This document shows, piece after piece, positions 48,862-57,932 of a stretch of DNA of 64,000 bases. How positions within the stretch are numbered: position 1 is the stretch's first letter; each line of letters begins with the position of its first letter. The translations under genes and the position numbers were made by a program. The notes under the pieces are model-generated. The model searched no databases. It was not told where the DNA came from and saw only the letters and a list, made by a program, of their open reading frames with translations. The DNA comes from Halobacteriovoraceae bacterium (GTDB lineage Bacteria; Bdellovibrionota; Bacteriovoracia; Bacteriovoracales; Bacteriovoracaceae), in NCBI GenBank assembly GCA_963719505.1, contig CAVRCF010000004.1:192001-256000 (forward strand), in the 5' to 3' direction.

Positions 48862-49621
48862 TTTTAAATTCAGCTTGGGGATTTTTCATGAGGAGATCAT
48901 TAATAACAAACCCTGCGGCCATAAAACCAAAAGTTCCAGTTACATGGGCCAGGGAACCGACACCATTTTGACAGTTGGTAGACTTTGTCCCTTTATCAAT
49001 TTGGGGCTCCGTCTTAAATTCTGGTGAAAAGACACAAGGAATATTAAAAGCAGCTTTCGTCTTAGGGAAGTTGTAAAATCTTTTTAGATTTGTTCGGACA
49101 ATATGGAGAAGCTTATCATTATTGGTTTTATTAAGATCTTTTACAGTGACGTACCTTGGATCCATTTTTCCACCAGCACCACCGGTGGTTAGTATTTTTA
49201 TCTCTCGTTTTTTACACTCTGCTATGAGCGTACATTTACTTTTAACTGAGTCAATACAATCGATAACATAATCATATTTTTCAGTGAAAAAAGATTCACA
49301 GGAACTTTCGCTAAAAAAGTCTTCAATGAGATTGACTTCACATGAAGGATTGATGGCATGAATTCGCTCTTTCATCGCGTGGACTTTAAGCTTGCCGTAA
49401 TTCCCATCAAGGGCATGAATTTGTCTATTGGTATTACTTATACAAATATCATCGAGATCGACCAAAGTAACTTTGCCCACACCAGATCGAGCTAAGGATT
49501 CGCACGCCCAAGTTCCAATGCCACCCAGACCAACGATAGCGATATGAGCATTTTGTAAAATTTCAAATGACGATGGTGAATATATTCTTTTTACCCCATC
49601 AAATCTGTCGTCTATTATCAT
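48854..49621 (-). CDS. tcdA: tRNA threonylcarbamoyladenosine dehydratase (ThiF family)
   Basis: GLGGIGTW..ESLARSGV, SNTNRQ, DCIDS, GGAGGK.DP, CVFSPE, VTGTFG. Confidence 0.9.
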   Translation of the reverse strand: MIIDDRFDGVKRIYSPSSFEILQNAHIAIVGLGGIGTWACESLARSGVGKVTLVDLDDICISNTNRQIHALDGNYGKLKVHAMKERIHAINPSCEVNLIEDFFSESSCESFFTEKYDYVIDCIDSVKSKCTLIAECKKREIKILTTGGAGGKMDPRYVTVKDLNKTNNDKLLHIVRTNLKRFYNFPKTKAAFNIPCVFSPEFKTEPQIDKGTKSTNCQNGVGSLAHVTGTFGFMAAGFVINDLLMKNPQAEFKNA

Positions 49622-49696
49622 TACGGTGGTGTACGACAAAAACTCAGATAAAACAAGTGAAAAAGTCATAGATTACAGTAGGTTACAAAATATGCT

Positions 49697-49723
49697 TAAG
49701 ATAAGTATCTAAAATGTCGATAA
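49697..49723 (+). promoter_or_regulatory. sigma28-type promoter
   Basis: TAAG-N15-GTCGATAA; GTG start 6 nt downstream; no SD. Confidence 0.55.
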
Positions 49724-49729
49724 AGATTT

Positions 49730-51430
49730 GTGAAAGCAATAAACTTCCTCCATTTAATATTACTTTTTTCTTTTTCGATAAACTCGTTTGCAGGGGAGAA
49801 TTCTGGATTTGAGTTTTGTGAAGAAGAACTTTCAAAAGAAATTGAAAAACTTCTTGGGGATGACCGTAAAAATATACTCGCAGAAGCCTTCAATTTGGCC
49901 AGCTATAAGCTTGCTTATAATATGCAAAATGATGAGGGTGTTAACAAGACCCTAGAGCAATACATTAAAGAGAAGGCAACCTATATCAAAGGTGAGGATA
50001 GAGACAATCTTATCAGGAGAGTTTCTCAACTTTATCAAAAGTTTGGTATTAATGAAGACCTTGCAGAAATTACTAAGACAATTGATGGACTAAAAGATCA
50101 TAATTATTTTCCGTCAGCGCAAAGACTTTCGAATAAAGAACACTCTGTTATATTGTTGGCTTTTAAAGAAATGCAACCTTGTACAAAAATTTGTATCACA
50201 GAAGATGACGCTGCCATCACTTGGTTTATGGACGAGGTCTCTGAAAAGGTAAAGACGGTTGAAAAGAGTTCCGCTAAAACCAATCTGATGGAGATGAGTG
50301 TGAAAGTTGCTCATTTAAATGGTGCTCTTGGAGATAAAAATGAGGTAAGCCTCAGTGATTTAAAAAGCAAAATCGAATCTTCTGAGAACAAAGTCAAAGG
50401 AAGTATTGATAGAGTTAAAAGAGAATTTTTCAATAAATTTAATCAATGTAAGGATCTGTTGAGCAATAAGTGTTTTCAAAATGTGGTAGAAAATATTTTA
50501 CCTAAAGCATTGAAAAATATTTTAAAAACTGTGAATGTCGATGCTATTAAAGGAATTGATAAAGACTTGAAAGTTAAATTATCAAGCTCGCTTGCGTTAA
50601 ATTTAAAAAACTCATTGATTGTTCCAAAATCGCCAGCGACATTAGGATACCCCAATAGAGTGAATATTCCTCCAGAAATTGTAACTTCAGAAAAAGGACC
50701 CTTGGTCTGTAGTGGTGAAGCCTTTACACCAGAGTTAAAAGATATTGATCTATGGACATTCGATCCTTTGAAGGCTTTGGCCGTCAAAAATAACTATGGT
50801 AAAGCAGGAAAGCTTCCCGGAAGTCAAATTGGAATGCTTTGTGAACTTCTAAAACTAGGACCTATTCAATTCCATTGTACTCCTTGGCTTAAAAAGTTTG
50901 TACTTCGCAAAAAAGATGCGAAAGCAAAAGTTTGTTGTAATGACAATGTAAAATGGGAAGAGTTTACGAATCTTTTCGCTGCGATTAATGGAGGCCTTGA
51001 CCTTAAGGCCTATCTTGGTGTTCCTTTTCTTTCAAAGGTTGGTGTCAATGCAGAAGTTGGAATTATTGGAGGCTTTGGAGCTGGTTTTAGCATCGGTGGT
51101 GGTGAAGTTCCTGAAGGATGTAGTTCAAAGAATTGTTTACAAGCAGCGGTCAGAACAAGTGTTTTTCTGGGAGGGTACTTGGATGTCGGCGTGAAGAGAA
51201 AGGTGAACAATGCCATTGGTGGTGAATTTAAGGTTTCATGGAAACCTTATTTGACGTCAAGACAATGCCTTTATCCTCAAAATAATCTTCCTCCTATGGA
51301 AGTTAAGTATACCGTAGGCTCTATTTGGCTGCATGGAACTGTTTATGCTGGTTGGGTCTTTACCTATGATTTTTATGAACCTATATACAAGAATAATGAT
51401 GAAGACTCTCTTTCTATTCCTATCTTTTAG
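49730..51430 (+). CDS. Hypothetical secreted protein with helical N-half and Cys/Gly-rich beta C-half
   Basis: 566-aa ORF with signal peptide. Confidence 0.78.
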   Translation: MKAINFLHLILLFSFSINSFAGENSGFEFCEEELSKEIEKLLGDDRKNILAEAFNLASYKLAYNMQNDEGVNKTLEQYIKEKATYIKGEDRDNLIRRVSQLYQKFGINEDLAEITKTIDGLKDHNYFPSAQRLSNKEHSVILLAFKEMQPCTKICITEDDAAITWFMDEVSEKVKTVEKSSAKTNLMEMSVKVAHLNGALGDKNEVSLSDLKSKIESSENKVKGSIDRVKREFFNKFNQCKDLLSNKCFQNVVENILPKALKNILKTVNVDAIKGIDKDLKVKLSSSLALNLKNSLIVPKSPATLGYPNRVNIPPEIVTSEKGPLVCSGEAFTPELKDIDLWTFDPLKALAVKNNYGKAGKLPGSQIGMLCELLKLGPIQFHCTPWLKKFVLRKKDAKAKVCCNDNVKWEEFTNLFAAINGGLDLKAYLGVPFLSKVGVNAEVGIIGGFGAGFSIGGGEVPEGCSSKNCLQAAVRTSVFLGGYLDVGVKRKVNNAIGGEFKVSWKPYLTSRQCLYPQNNLPPMEVKYTVGSIWLHGTVYAGWVFTYDFYEPIYKNNDEDSLSIPIF

Positions 51431-52274
51431 TCTATGCGGCTATGGCCAAAATATTCAAAATGAGAAAATTAAACTTCCAGCAGATTTGGCCGGAGTTAAG
51501 CTTTCAAAACCAGACGATAAGTTTGTCTCTTTGGACATTGAGTACATAATGTACAATAAATTTGTGAACATAAAAAAATCGAACGAGAAGACTTTGACTT
51601 CTTTTTTTGAAAACCTGATGTGGATATATAAAAATAAAAAGAAAAGCGAGCTTCTTACTCAATTTGATGCTGTTGCTCTAAAAAATGTAAGAGAGCTTAA
51701 AAACTTTGATGTTCAGTTTGAAGTAATGTCTCAGATTAGAAAACCCTTTCTTAAATCGATCCAATTTTTTAAAAATGGTTACCTCTTTAGGTGGACAGAT
51801 GAGAGTTTCCTAGATGAGAGAAAAATTTTTGTTATTAAAGTTAAAGATGAATTTAAAATTTCGACGATGAAAGTTGATAAAGACGACTCTTATTTTTGGA
51901 ACACGAATCTCTTTTTCAAATATCAACGTTTTGAAAAGAAGAAACCGCTCATTGTTCAAAAATTTGATTCAATCACGGACTCACAGGTTAAGGAATTATC
52001 GGTCAGTTTAAAAAATGGTTTTTCTCATTTAAACATCTTCAAGACTTCAGATGAGATCGTTAATCTCGTGGCTTTAGATAACTATGAATCTCCAAACTAT
52101 CCGTTCAAAGATTATGATTCAAAAAAAGGTCGAATGACACTTAAGTTCTCTGGTAAAAACTTTAAGAAAGCGGGAGAACATAAACTCTATTTGATTCAAA
52201 GCACCTATCCTCTTGGAAAAATAGAGCCTCGTCATTTTAGGGATTCAACTTCTTTCAAGCTTATCAAGAACTAA
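51396..52274 (+). CDS. Hypothetical secreted protein
   Basis: MMKTLFLFLSFSLCGYG signal peptide; overlaps the upstream gene. Confidence 0.72.
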   Translation: MMKTLFLFLSFSLCGYGQNIQNEKIKLPADLAGVKLSKPDDKFVSLDIEYIMYNKFVNIKKSNEKTLTSFFENLMWIYKNKKKSELLTQFDAVALKNVRELKNFDVQFEVMSQIRKPFLKSIQFFKNGYLFRWTDESFLDERKIFVIKVKDEFKISTMKVDKDDSYFWNTNLFFKYQRFEKKKPLIVQKFDSITDSQVKELSVSLKNGFSHLNIFKTSDEIVNLVALDNYESPNYPFKDYDSKKGRMTLKFSGKNFKKAGEHKLYLIQSTYPLGKIEPRHFRDSTSFKLIKN

Positions 52275-52889
52275 TTGTAGCTCTTTAGCTAAAGGGCATT
52301 CAATGGTGATAAAGACTCGCTCGATTGGGTGAAAGAAGACAAAGCGATGACAGTGCAGAAATAGTCTTTCAAGACCATAATGATCTTTATAGAACTCATT
52401 CATTGCTTTTTTGCCATATCTTCTATCGCCGACAACATGCTTTATTCGTCTATTGAAGTGTCTTCTGATTTGGTGTCGCCTGCCTGTAAAAATTTGAATC
52501 TCAACCAAGGTGCAGGTTTTAAAGTGCTCTAATGGTCTAAACTTGGTTCGTGCATCTTGATAAATACCCTTTTCTGATTTTAGGGGAAAGTCATAATCAT
52601 CTGCTTGAAGGTCTATTGATTCAATGAGGGCAAGGTAGTATTTTTTGACTTGATCAGTGTTCCAAATCTCTTTTATATCTCTAACAAATTCTTTGGTCTT
52701 ACCAAGAATGACAATCCCAGAAGTTTGTCTATCAAGTCTGTGGATGGGGTAGAGGTACTGGTCAATTTGATCTCTTAAAGTGAATAGAAGATTTGTTTTT
52801 TCCGTCGACTCTTTACTGGGATGAGTAAGAAGGTTTGCCGGTTTATGGACGACAATACAATGTTGATCTTCAAAAAGAATATCAATCAT
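52245..52889 (-). CDS. RluA/TruC-family pseudouridine synthase
   Basis: KPANLLTH, IHRLDRQTSG, TGRRHQIRRH, GD.RYG. Confidence 0.9.
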   Translation of the reverse strand: MIDILFEDQHCIVVHKPANLLTHPSKESTEKTNLLFTLRDQIDQYLYPIHRLDRQTSGIVILGKTKEFVRDIKEIWNTDQVKKYYLALIESIDLQADDYDFPLKSEKGIYQDARTKFRPLEHFKTCTLVEIQIFTGRRHQIRRHFNRRIKHVVGDRRYGKKAMNEFYKDHYGLERLFLHCHRFVFFHPIERVFITIECPLAKELQLVLDKLERS

Positions 52890-53782
52890 ATATGGCCTAT
52901 AATAACTTCGATTCTTATATTGAAGGAGGGAGTACGCTGAAACCTTTGTTCACGAGGAAACTCTAAAACAGGACTTGCTGTCCAGAAAAACCATTCTTTG
53001 TAGAGGAGTTGTCGGTAGCCAATAGAGAGAATATAGTTGTTAACAGCTTGTGAAGGAGTGTTGGAGCTTGCAGCCCTGGCATTGTAGCTGAGAGCCGTTT
53101 TATCATTAACTTTTTGAAAGAGACTTGGTCCATTACTAAATTCAAAAATATAGTCTTGGTCATTCCATTTTGTAAAATTCGCAAATCGAAAAAGATAATC
53201 ATCAGAGATTCTATAGTCAAAATCCAGGTCTAGTCGACTCACGGTTCCTTCAGTGTCGATCCAAAGGGTTTCACTCTCTGGTCTAAAAAGCCAGTTGCCA
53301 AAAGTTATATTTTGTTTCATACGAAGGCGAATAAAGGGAAGAGGTCTGACCTCTCTAAAAATGATTCCAGAGCCTAAACTTGATTTAAACTCTGTTTTGT
53401 CGAGAAAGAATTGAAGCCCTGCTTTTGTATCATTTCTTTGATCTAGCCTATTGTTTCGGCTCGTTTGATCAGCGATTTCATTCTCATCTAGTTTTTCATC
53501 TCTACTTTCTAAAATGAGCTGCAAAGACTTCTCAGTGCCGGGAAAATTGAGTTGAACCTTTACGTCACCAGTTGTGTGTGGCTTTTTTGCTTCTCTAAAA
53601 ATTGTATCTGTATAAAGTCTTACTCTGGACTTATTTTCATAGTTTAAAGCAGTGTCATCGGCGAAGAACCTATCGATGGAGGTGGCGAAGGTTTCTATAT
53701 TTTTAGAAAGCACTTCGTGGGTTTCATCGGATATATTGGCGTGAGCGGTTAGGGTGAGTAAAAAAAAAACGATAAATTGCAT
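52886..53782 (-). CDS. Hypothetical outer-membrane beta-barrel protein
   Basis: Signal peptide; IDRFF, LNFPGTE and YRQ...KEWFF..SP...FPRE pattern; amphipathic strands. Confidence 0.75.
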   Translation of the reverse strand: MQFIVFFLLTLTAHANISDETHEVLSKNIETFATSIDRFFADDTALNYENKSRVRLYTDTIFREAKKPHTTGDVKVQLNFPGTEKSLQLILESRDEKLDENEIADQTSRNNRLDQRNDTKAGLQFFLDKTEFKSSLGSGIIFREVRPLPFIRLRMKQNITFGNWLFRPESETLWIDTEGTVSRLDLDFDYRISDDYLFRFANFTKWNDQDYIFEFSNGPSLFQKVNDKTALSYNARAASSNTPSQAVNNYILSIGYRQLLYKEWFFWTASPVLEFPREQRFQRTPSFNIRIEVIIGHI

Positions 53783-54741
53783 CAGTACTTTGACCATCTT
53801 TCAACAATATCATCAAGATGATTTGGCTGCATTTTGTAACAATAGTTTCCTCGCCAAGGTGTATCCATTTTATAACTAGCGACAAGGAAATCTTTGTATT
53901 TCTTTCTATATTTTTTCCTAAATAATGATGAGGTTTCATTTTTTAAGTAAGCTAAAGCTATGGGAATATCTTTGTCACATTCCATCTCATGGGGATGGGT
54001 TAGATAGGTGACAATAAAGACATCCCAAGGAATAAAGCCTTTAGAATTTGGAAAAAACTTCCAGATCCATCGCCATACGATGGAGTTTCTTGCCATCCAC
54101 TTAGAAAGAGGGCCACCTTTTTTCATTTGTTTGAGGTGGCTTTTTGTGACAAATGCCTCTTTCATTATTTCAACTGGGAGCATTGTTATTTTGACTCCCG
54201 ACTCCATCACAAATTTTAAGGATTCTAGATCATCATCAACATTCGTATCTGGCATGATGACCTGTTGGCGTCCCACGCGAGTTTGGGTTTCAAGTCTTCG
54301 ACCAGCGTTAATGATAATTTCAGAAATTTGTGGTTTTAGTTCAGGATAGTTCTTTATCAAAGACGCCATATTGGTTAGTCTGCCCATGGCCATTATTTTG
54401 AGAGGATTCTTCTTGAGGGCCTTTGCTAAAGCTTCAGTGGCATCAGTTTTTTCATATCTTTTGGACTTTAACCAGGCTCCATAAAAATAGGGAATATCGG
54501 TTTTATTCGTTCGTTTTAAAATTCTTCGGGTGGCTTTTGCCATGAAGTTTAAGTTTTTTAAATTACCAAAGCCAAGGCTTATGCCTTGAACCTCAAGGTC
54601 GGGGCTTTTGAGGGCCGTAATCAACGCCAGGCCATCATCTACATCTCGAATGACTTTGCCAAAAGCCACGTCATAGTCGACCCAAACTTTCTCAGCTGAA
54701 AATGTACAAAATGAGAATATAAGGAGGAATATTGATTTCAT
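53782..54741 (-). CDS. Nucleoside hydrolase (IU-NH family) with signal peptide
   Basis: D.D.......DVDDGLA, G.LTN, PWDVF; N-terminus MKSIFLLIFSFCTFSA. Confidence 0.85.
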   Translation of the reverse strand: MKSIFLLIFSFCTFSAEKVWVDYDVAFGKVIRDVDDGLALITALKSPDLEVQGISLGFGNLKNLNFMAKATRRILKRTNKTDIPYFYGAWLKSKRYEKTDATEALAKALKKNPLKIMAMGRLTNMASLIKNYPELKPQISEIIINAGRRLETQTRVGRQQVIMPDTNVDDDLESLKFVMESGVKITMLPVEIMKEAFVTKSHLKQMKKGGPLSKWMARNSIVWRWIWKFFPNSKGFIPWDVFIVTYLTHPHEMECDKDIPIALAYLKNETSSLFRKKYRKKYKDFLVASYKMDTPWRGNYCYKMQPNHLDDIVERWSKY

Positions 54742-54794
54742 AAGATCCATTCTTTAAGTAAGTGTGTAATAATCGTAATATATACATACTTATA

Positions 54795-54823
54795 TTGATC
54801 TGTATGGGTTTTCCACTTAAACT
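54795..54823 (+). promoter_or_regulatory. sigma70 promoter, probably giving a leaderless mRNA
   Basis: TTGATC-17-TAAACT then 7 nt to ATG 54831; no SD. Confidence 0.55.
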
Positions 54824-54830
54824 TTAATTA

Positions 54831-55223
54831 ATGAAAATATTAGTCCTCATTTTGACACTTTCAGCTTTTAACCTCTATGCTTGTAATTACGAGTTAAAGG
54901 TTAAAGTGAAGCCCATTATCAACCTCTCGACCTCGAGTTTACAGTTACTTAGAGATGATTTTGTCTTGAAAATGGAATCATTGGGGTATAAAAACAATGG
55001 TGGAGCAAGTGAAGTTTCTCTGTTTTATACAACAGTAAATGATATTCACAATCCGCGCCTTACCCAAGCTAGAGTTGTTCTTAGTTATAAAAGAGATGGG
55101 GCTTTAGTTCACTACACTCATGGGCTTGGTAGTCCAAATCGAAACCGACATGATGCTACAATTCAGGAAGAGTTCCAACTCGCTACTGAAATAGCGGTGT
55201 CTCATCTTCCCGAATGTAAATAA
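54831..55223 (+). CDS. Hypothetical secreted protein
   Basis: Signal peptide; terminal Cys pair. Confidence 0.7.
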   Translation: MKILVLILTLSAFNLYACNYELKVKVKPIINLSTSSLQLLRDDFVLKMESLGYKNNGGASEVSLFYTTVNDIHNPRLTQARVVLSYKRDGALVHYTHGLGSPNRNRHDATIQEEFQLATEIAVSHLPECK

Positions 55224-55224
55224 T

Positions 55225-56628
55225 TTAAGTATGGAGTGCTCTGTCCTCTGTTGCCGCTAAACAGGCTTCTTTCATCGCTTCACTGTAAGTTGGATGTGCG
55301 TGACAAGTTCTTGCTATATCTTCAGCAGAAGCTCTGTATTCCATCGCTAAAACGGCCTCAGCTATGAGATCGGCACATCTTGGGCCAATCATATGAACAC
55401 CAAGAATTTCATCAGTTTCGGCGTCAGCTAAGACTTTGATTAAACCAGCACTTTCGTTACTTGCTCGTGCTCGTCCAAGTGCTTTAAAAGGAAAAGATCC
55501 TTTTTTAAACTTAGCTCCAGCTTTTTTTAATTCTTCTTCTGTCTTTCCAACGCTGGCAACTTCAGGCCAAGTATAAACGACCCCAGGGATGAGGTTGTAG
55601 TTGAGGTGAGGCTTTTGTCCTGCGAGGTACTCAGCTACAAAAACACCTTCTTCTTCGGCTTTGTGGGCAAGCATGACTCCATCAGTAACATCGCCTATGG
55701 CATAAATTCCTTCTACTTTTGTTTGTAATAAACCATTTGTTGGAATTCTTCCTCTATCATCAACATCTAACCCTATATTTTTGAGACCTAAAGAGTCCGT
55801 ATAAGCTTTTCTACCAACGGCTACAAGAGTGTAGTCTCCTTTGAGCTCAACTTCTTTATCTTTTTTCATATCAAGAGCTACAACAATTGATTCTTTACCC
55901 TTTGTTTTTGCACTTTTAACTTGATGAGACATGTAGAATTCAATTCCATCTTTTTTAAGGACTCTTTGTAACTGCTTTCCAAGATCTTTATCCATCATGC
56001 CTATAATTGAATCAGCGTATTCAACCACCGATACTTCACTTCCAAGTCTTCTGTAGACGCTACCGAGTTCAAGACCAATAACACCACCGCCAATAACGAT
56101 GAGATGCTTAGGAACTTCTTTAAGCTTCAGGGCTTCAGTAGAGGTGATAATTCTTTTTTTATCGATATCCATTCCCGGAAAAGCCATCGGTTTTGAGCCC
56201 GTTGCGATAATTGTTTTATCGGCGTGAATTTTTATTGTTTCCTTTTCGGATTTAATTTGAATTGTATTTTTATCAATAAATGATCCATGTCCATGAAAGA
56301 CAGTAATCTTATTTTTCTCCATAAGATATTTTACGCCACCGCAAGTCTGGTCGACGACATCTTGCACTCTTCCCATCATCTTTTTAAAATCGAGCTTCAC
56401 ATCTTTAACATTAATACCGTGATCTGCATGAGAGTGAACTGTATCGTGGTATCTTTCTGAAGAATCCAAAAGTGCTTTCGATGGAATACAACCGACATTT
56501 AAGCAGGTCCCACCAAGAGTTGAGTATTTCTCTACGATGGCCGTTTTAAAACCTAATTGAGCAGCACTAATCGCAGCAACATAACCACCTGGTCCAGAAC
56601 CAATTATAACAACATCAAATTTATCCAT
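55225..56628 (-). CDS. lpdA: Dihydrolipoyl dehydrogenase
   Basis: GSGPGG, GGTCLNVGCIPSK, GGGVIGLE, MLAHKAEEEG, HAHPTYSE. Confidence 0.97.
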   Translation of the reverse strand: MDKFDVVIIGSGPGGYVAAISAAQLGFKTAIVEKYSTLGGTCLNVGCIPSKALLDSSERYHDTVHSHADHGINVKDVKLDFKKMMGRVQDVVDQTCGGVKYLMEKNKITVFHGHGSFIDKNTIQIKSEKETIKIHADKTIIATGSKPMAFPGMDIDKKRIITSTEALKLKEVPKHLIVIGGGVIGLELGSVYRRLGSEVSVVEYADSIIGMMDKDLGKQLQRVLKKDGIEFYMSHQVKSAKTKGKESIVVALDMKKDKEVELKGDYTLVAVGRKAYTDSLGLKNIGLDVDDRGRIPTNGLLQTKVEGIYAIGDVTDGVMLAHKAEEEGVFVAEYLAGQKPHLNYNLIPGVVYTWPEVASVGKTEEELKKAGAKFKKGSFPFKALGRARASNESAGLIKVLADAETDEILGVHMIGPRCADLIAEAVLAMEYRASAEDIARTCHAHPTYSEAMKEACLAATEDRALHT

Positions 56629-56652
56629 TTTATTTTCCTTAATATGTAAAAC

Positions 56653-57922
56653 TTAAAGATCTAAGATCATTCTTAGAGGATCTTCAAGAAGATCTTTTAC
56701 CGTTTTCAAAAAGCCCACAGAATCTTTACCATCGATAACTCTATGATCATAAGACAGAGCAATATACATAATTGGTCTGATCTTAATTTCTCCGTTCACA
56801 ACCCAAGGTCTCTCGACAATATTATGCATTCCAAAAATCGCTGATTGAGGGATATTGATGATTGGAGTTGAGAGCATGGATCCAAAGACACCACCATTAG
56901 TGATCGTAAAAGTTCCACCTGTCATTTCATCAATGGTAATCTTTCCGTCACGAGCTTTACCAGCAAGTCTTTTAATTTCTTTTTCAATTTGGGCAAGCCT
57001 CAAGTTTTCTGCATTTCTAACAACAGGAACAACGAGACCTTTTTCACTTGAAACAGCGATTCCCATATCGACATATTGAGGGATATGAAGGTTTTCACCA
57101 TCGATCTGTGCATTAACAAGGGGATGGTTCTTCATGGCAATCGTACAAGCTTTTGTAAATAGAGACATAAAGCCCAATTTAATTCCGTGATTTTTTACAA
57201 ACTCATCTTGGTATTTTTTTCTCATATCCATCAGTGGCTTCATATCGACTTCATTAAAAGTTGTAAGCATCGCTGTTGAGTTTTTGGCTTCAGTAAGCTT
57301 TGTAGCAATCGTTTTTCTAAGACGAGACATTTTTCTCGATATTAATTTCTCTTGAATCCTGCAACCATTGGAGATGCAGTAGCTCTGAAGATTTACTTTG
57401 GAAGGAGCAGTCTTGTTTAGCGTTCAGTGCATCTTCTTTTGTTATTCGTCCATCTTTTCCAGAACCTTTTAGAGAGCTAGCATCAATACCTTTTTCGCTA
57501 AGAATTTTATTTGCCGCTGGTGAGGCGTGATGAACAGTCTTACTTGGAGATTGTGTTCCAACGTCTGGAATCATTGATTCTCTTGGCTCATTGCCTTTGT
57601 TCTCAGGGTTTGGTTTCGGTGGACTAGGTTTGTCATCAGTAGACTTTGATGACGTTTCTTCTTTTGAACTTGAACCAGATGGCTTTTCGCCTTCTTCTAA
57701 TATCGCGATAACAGTCCCGACGGCAACCGTTTCGCCTTCTTCAACTTTGATTCTTAAAATTCCTGAACCATCAGCTGGAAGCTCCATAGTTGCTTTATCA
57801 GTTTCTAGTTCACAGACAATATCACCTGTCTCAACAAAGTCACCATCTTCTTTTAACCAAGCGGCGAGTATACTTCTGTTACAGATTCACCAGATTGACG
57901 GTACTTTAATTTCAATGGCCAT
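56653..57922 (-). pseudogene. sucB: Dihydrolipoyl succinyltransferase E2, frameshifted in this sequence
   Basis: MAIEIKVP start at 57922; lipoyl motif ETDKAT; E3-binding GSGKDGRITKED; catalytic SYDHRVIDG; frame breaks near 57870-57895 and 57330-57400. Confidence 0.9.
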
Positions 57923-57932
57923 TTTTTATTCC

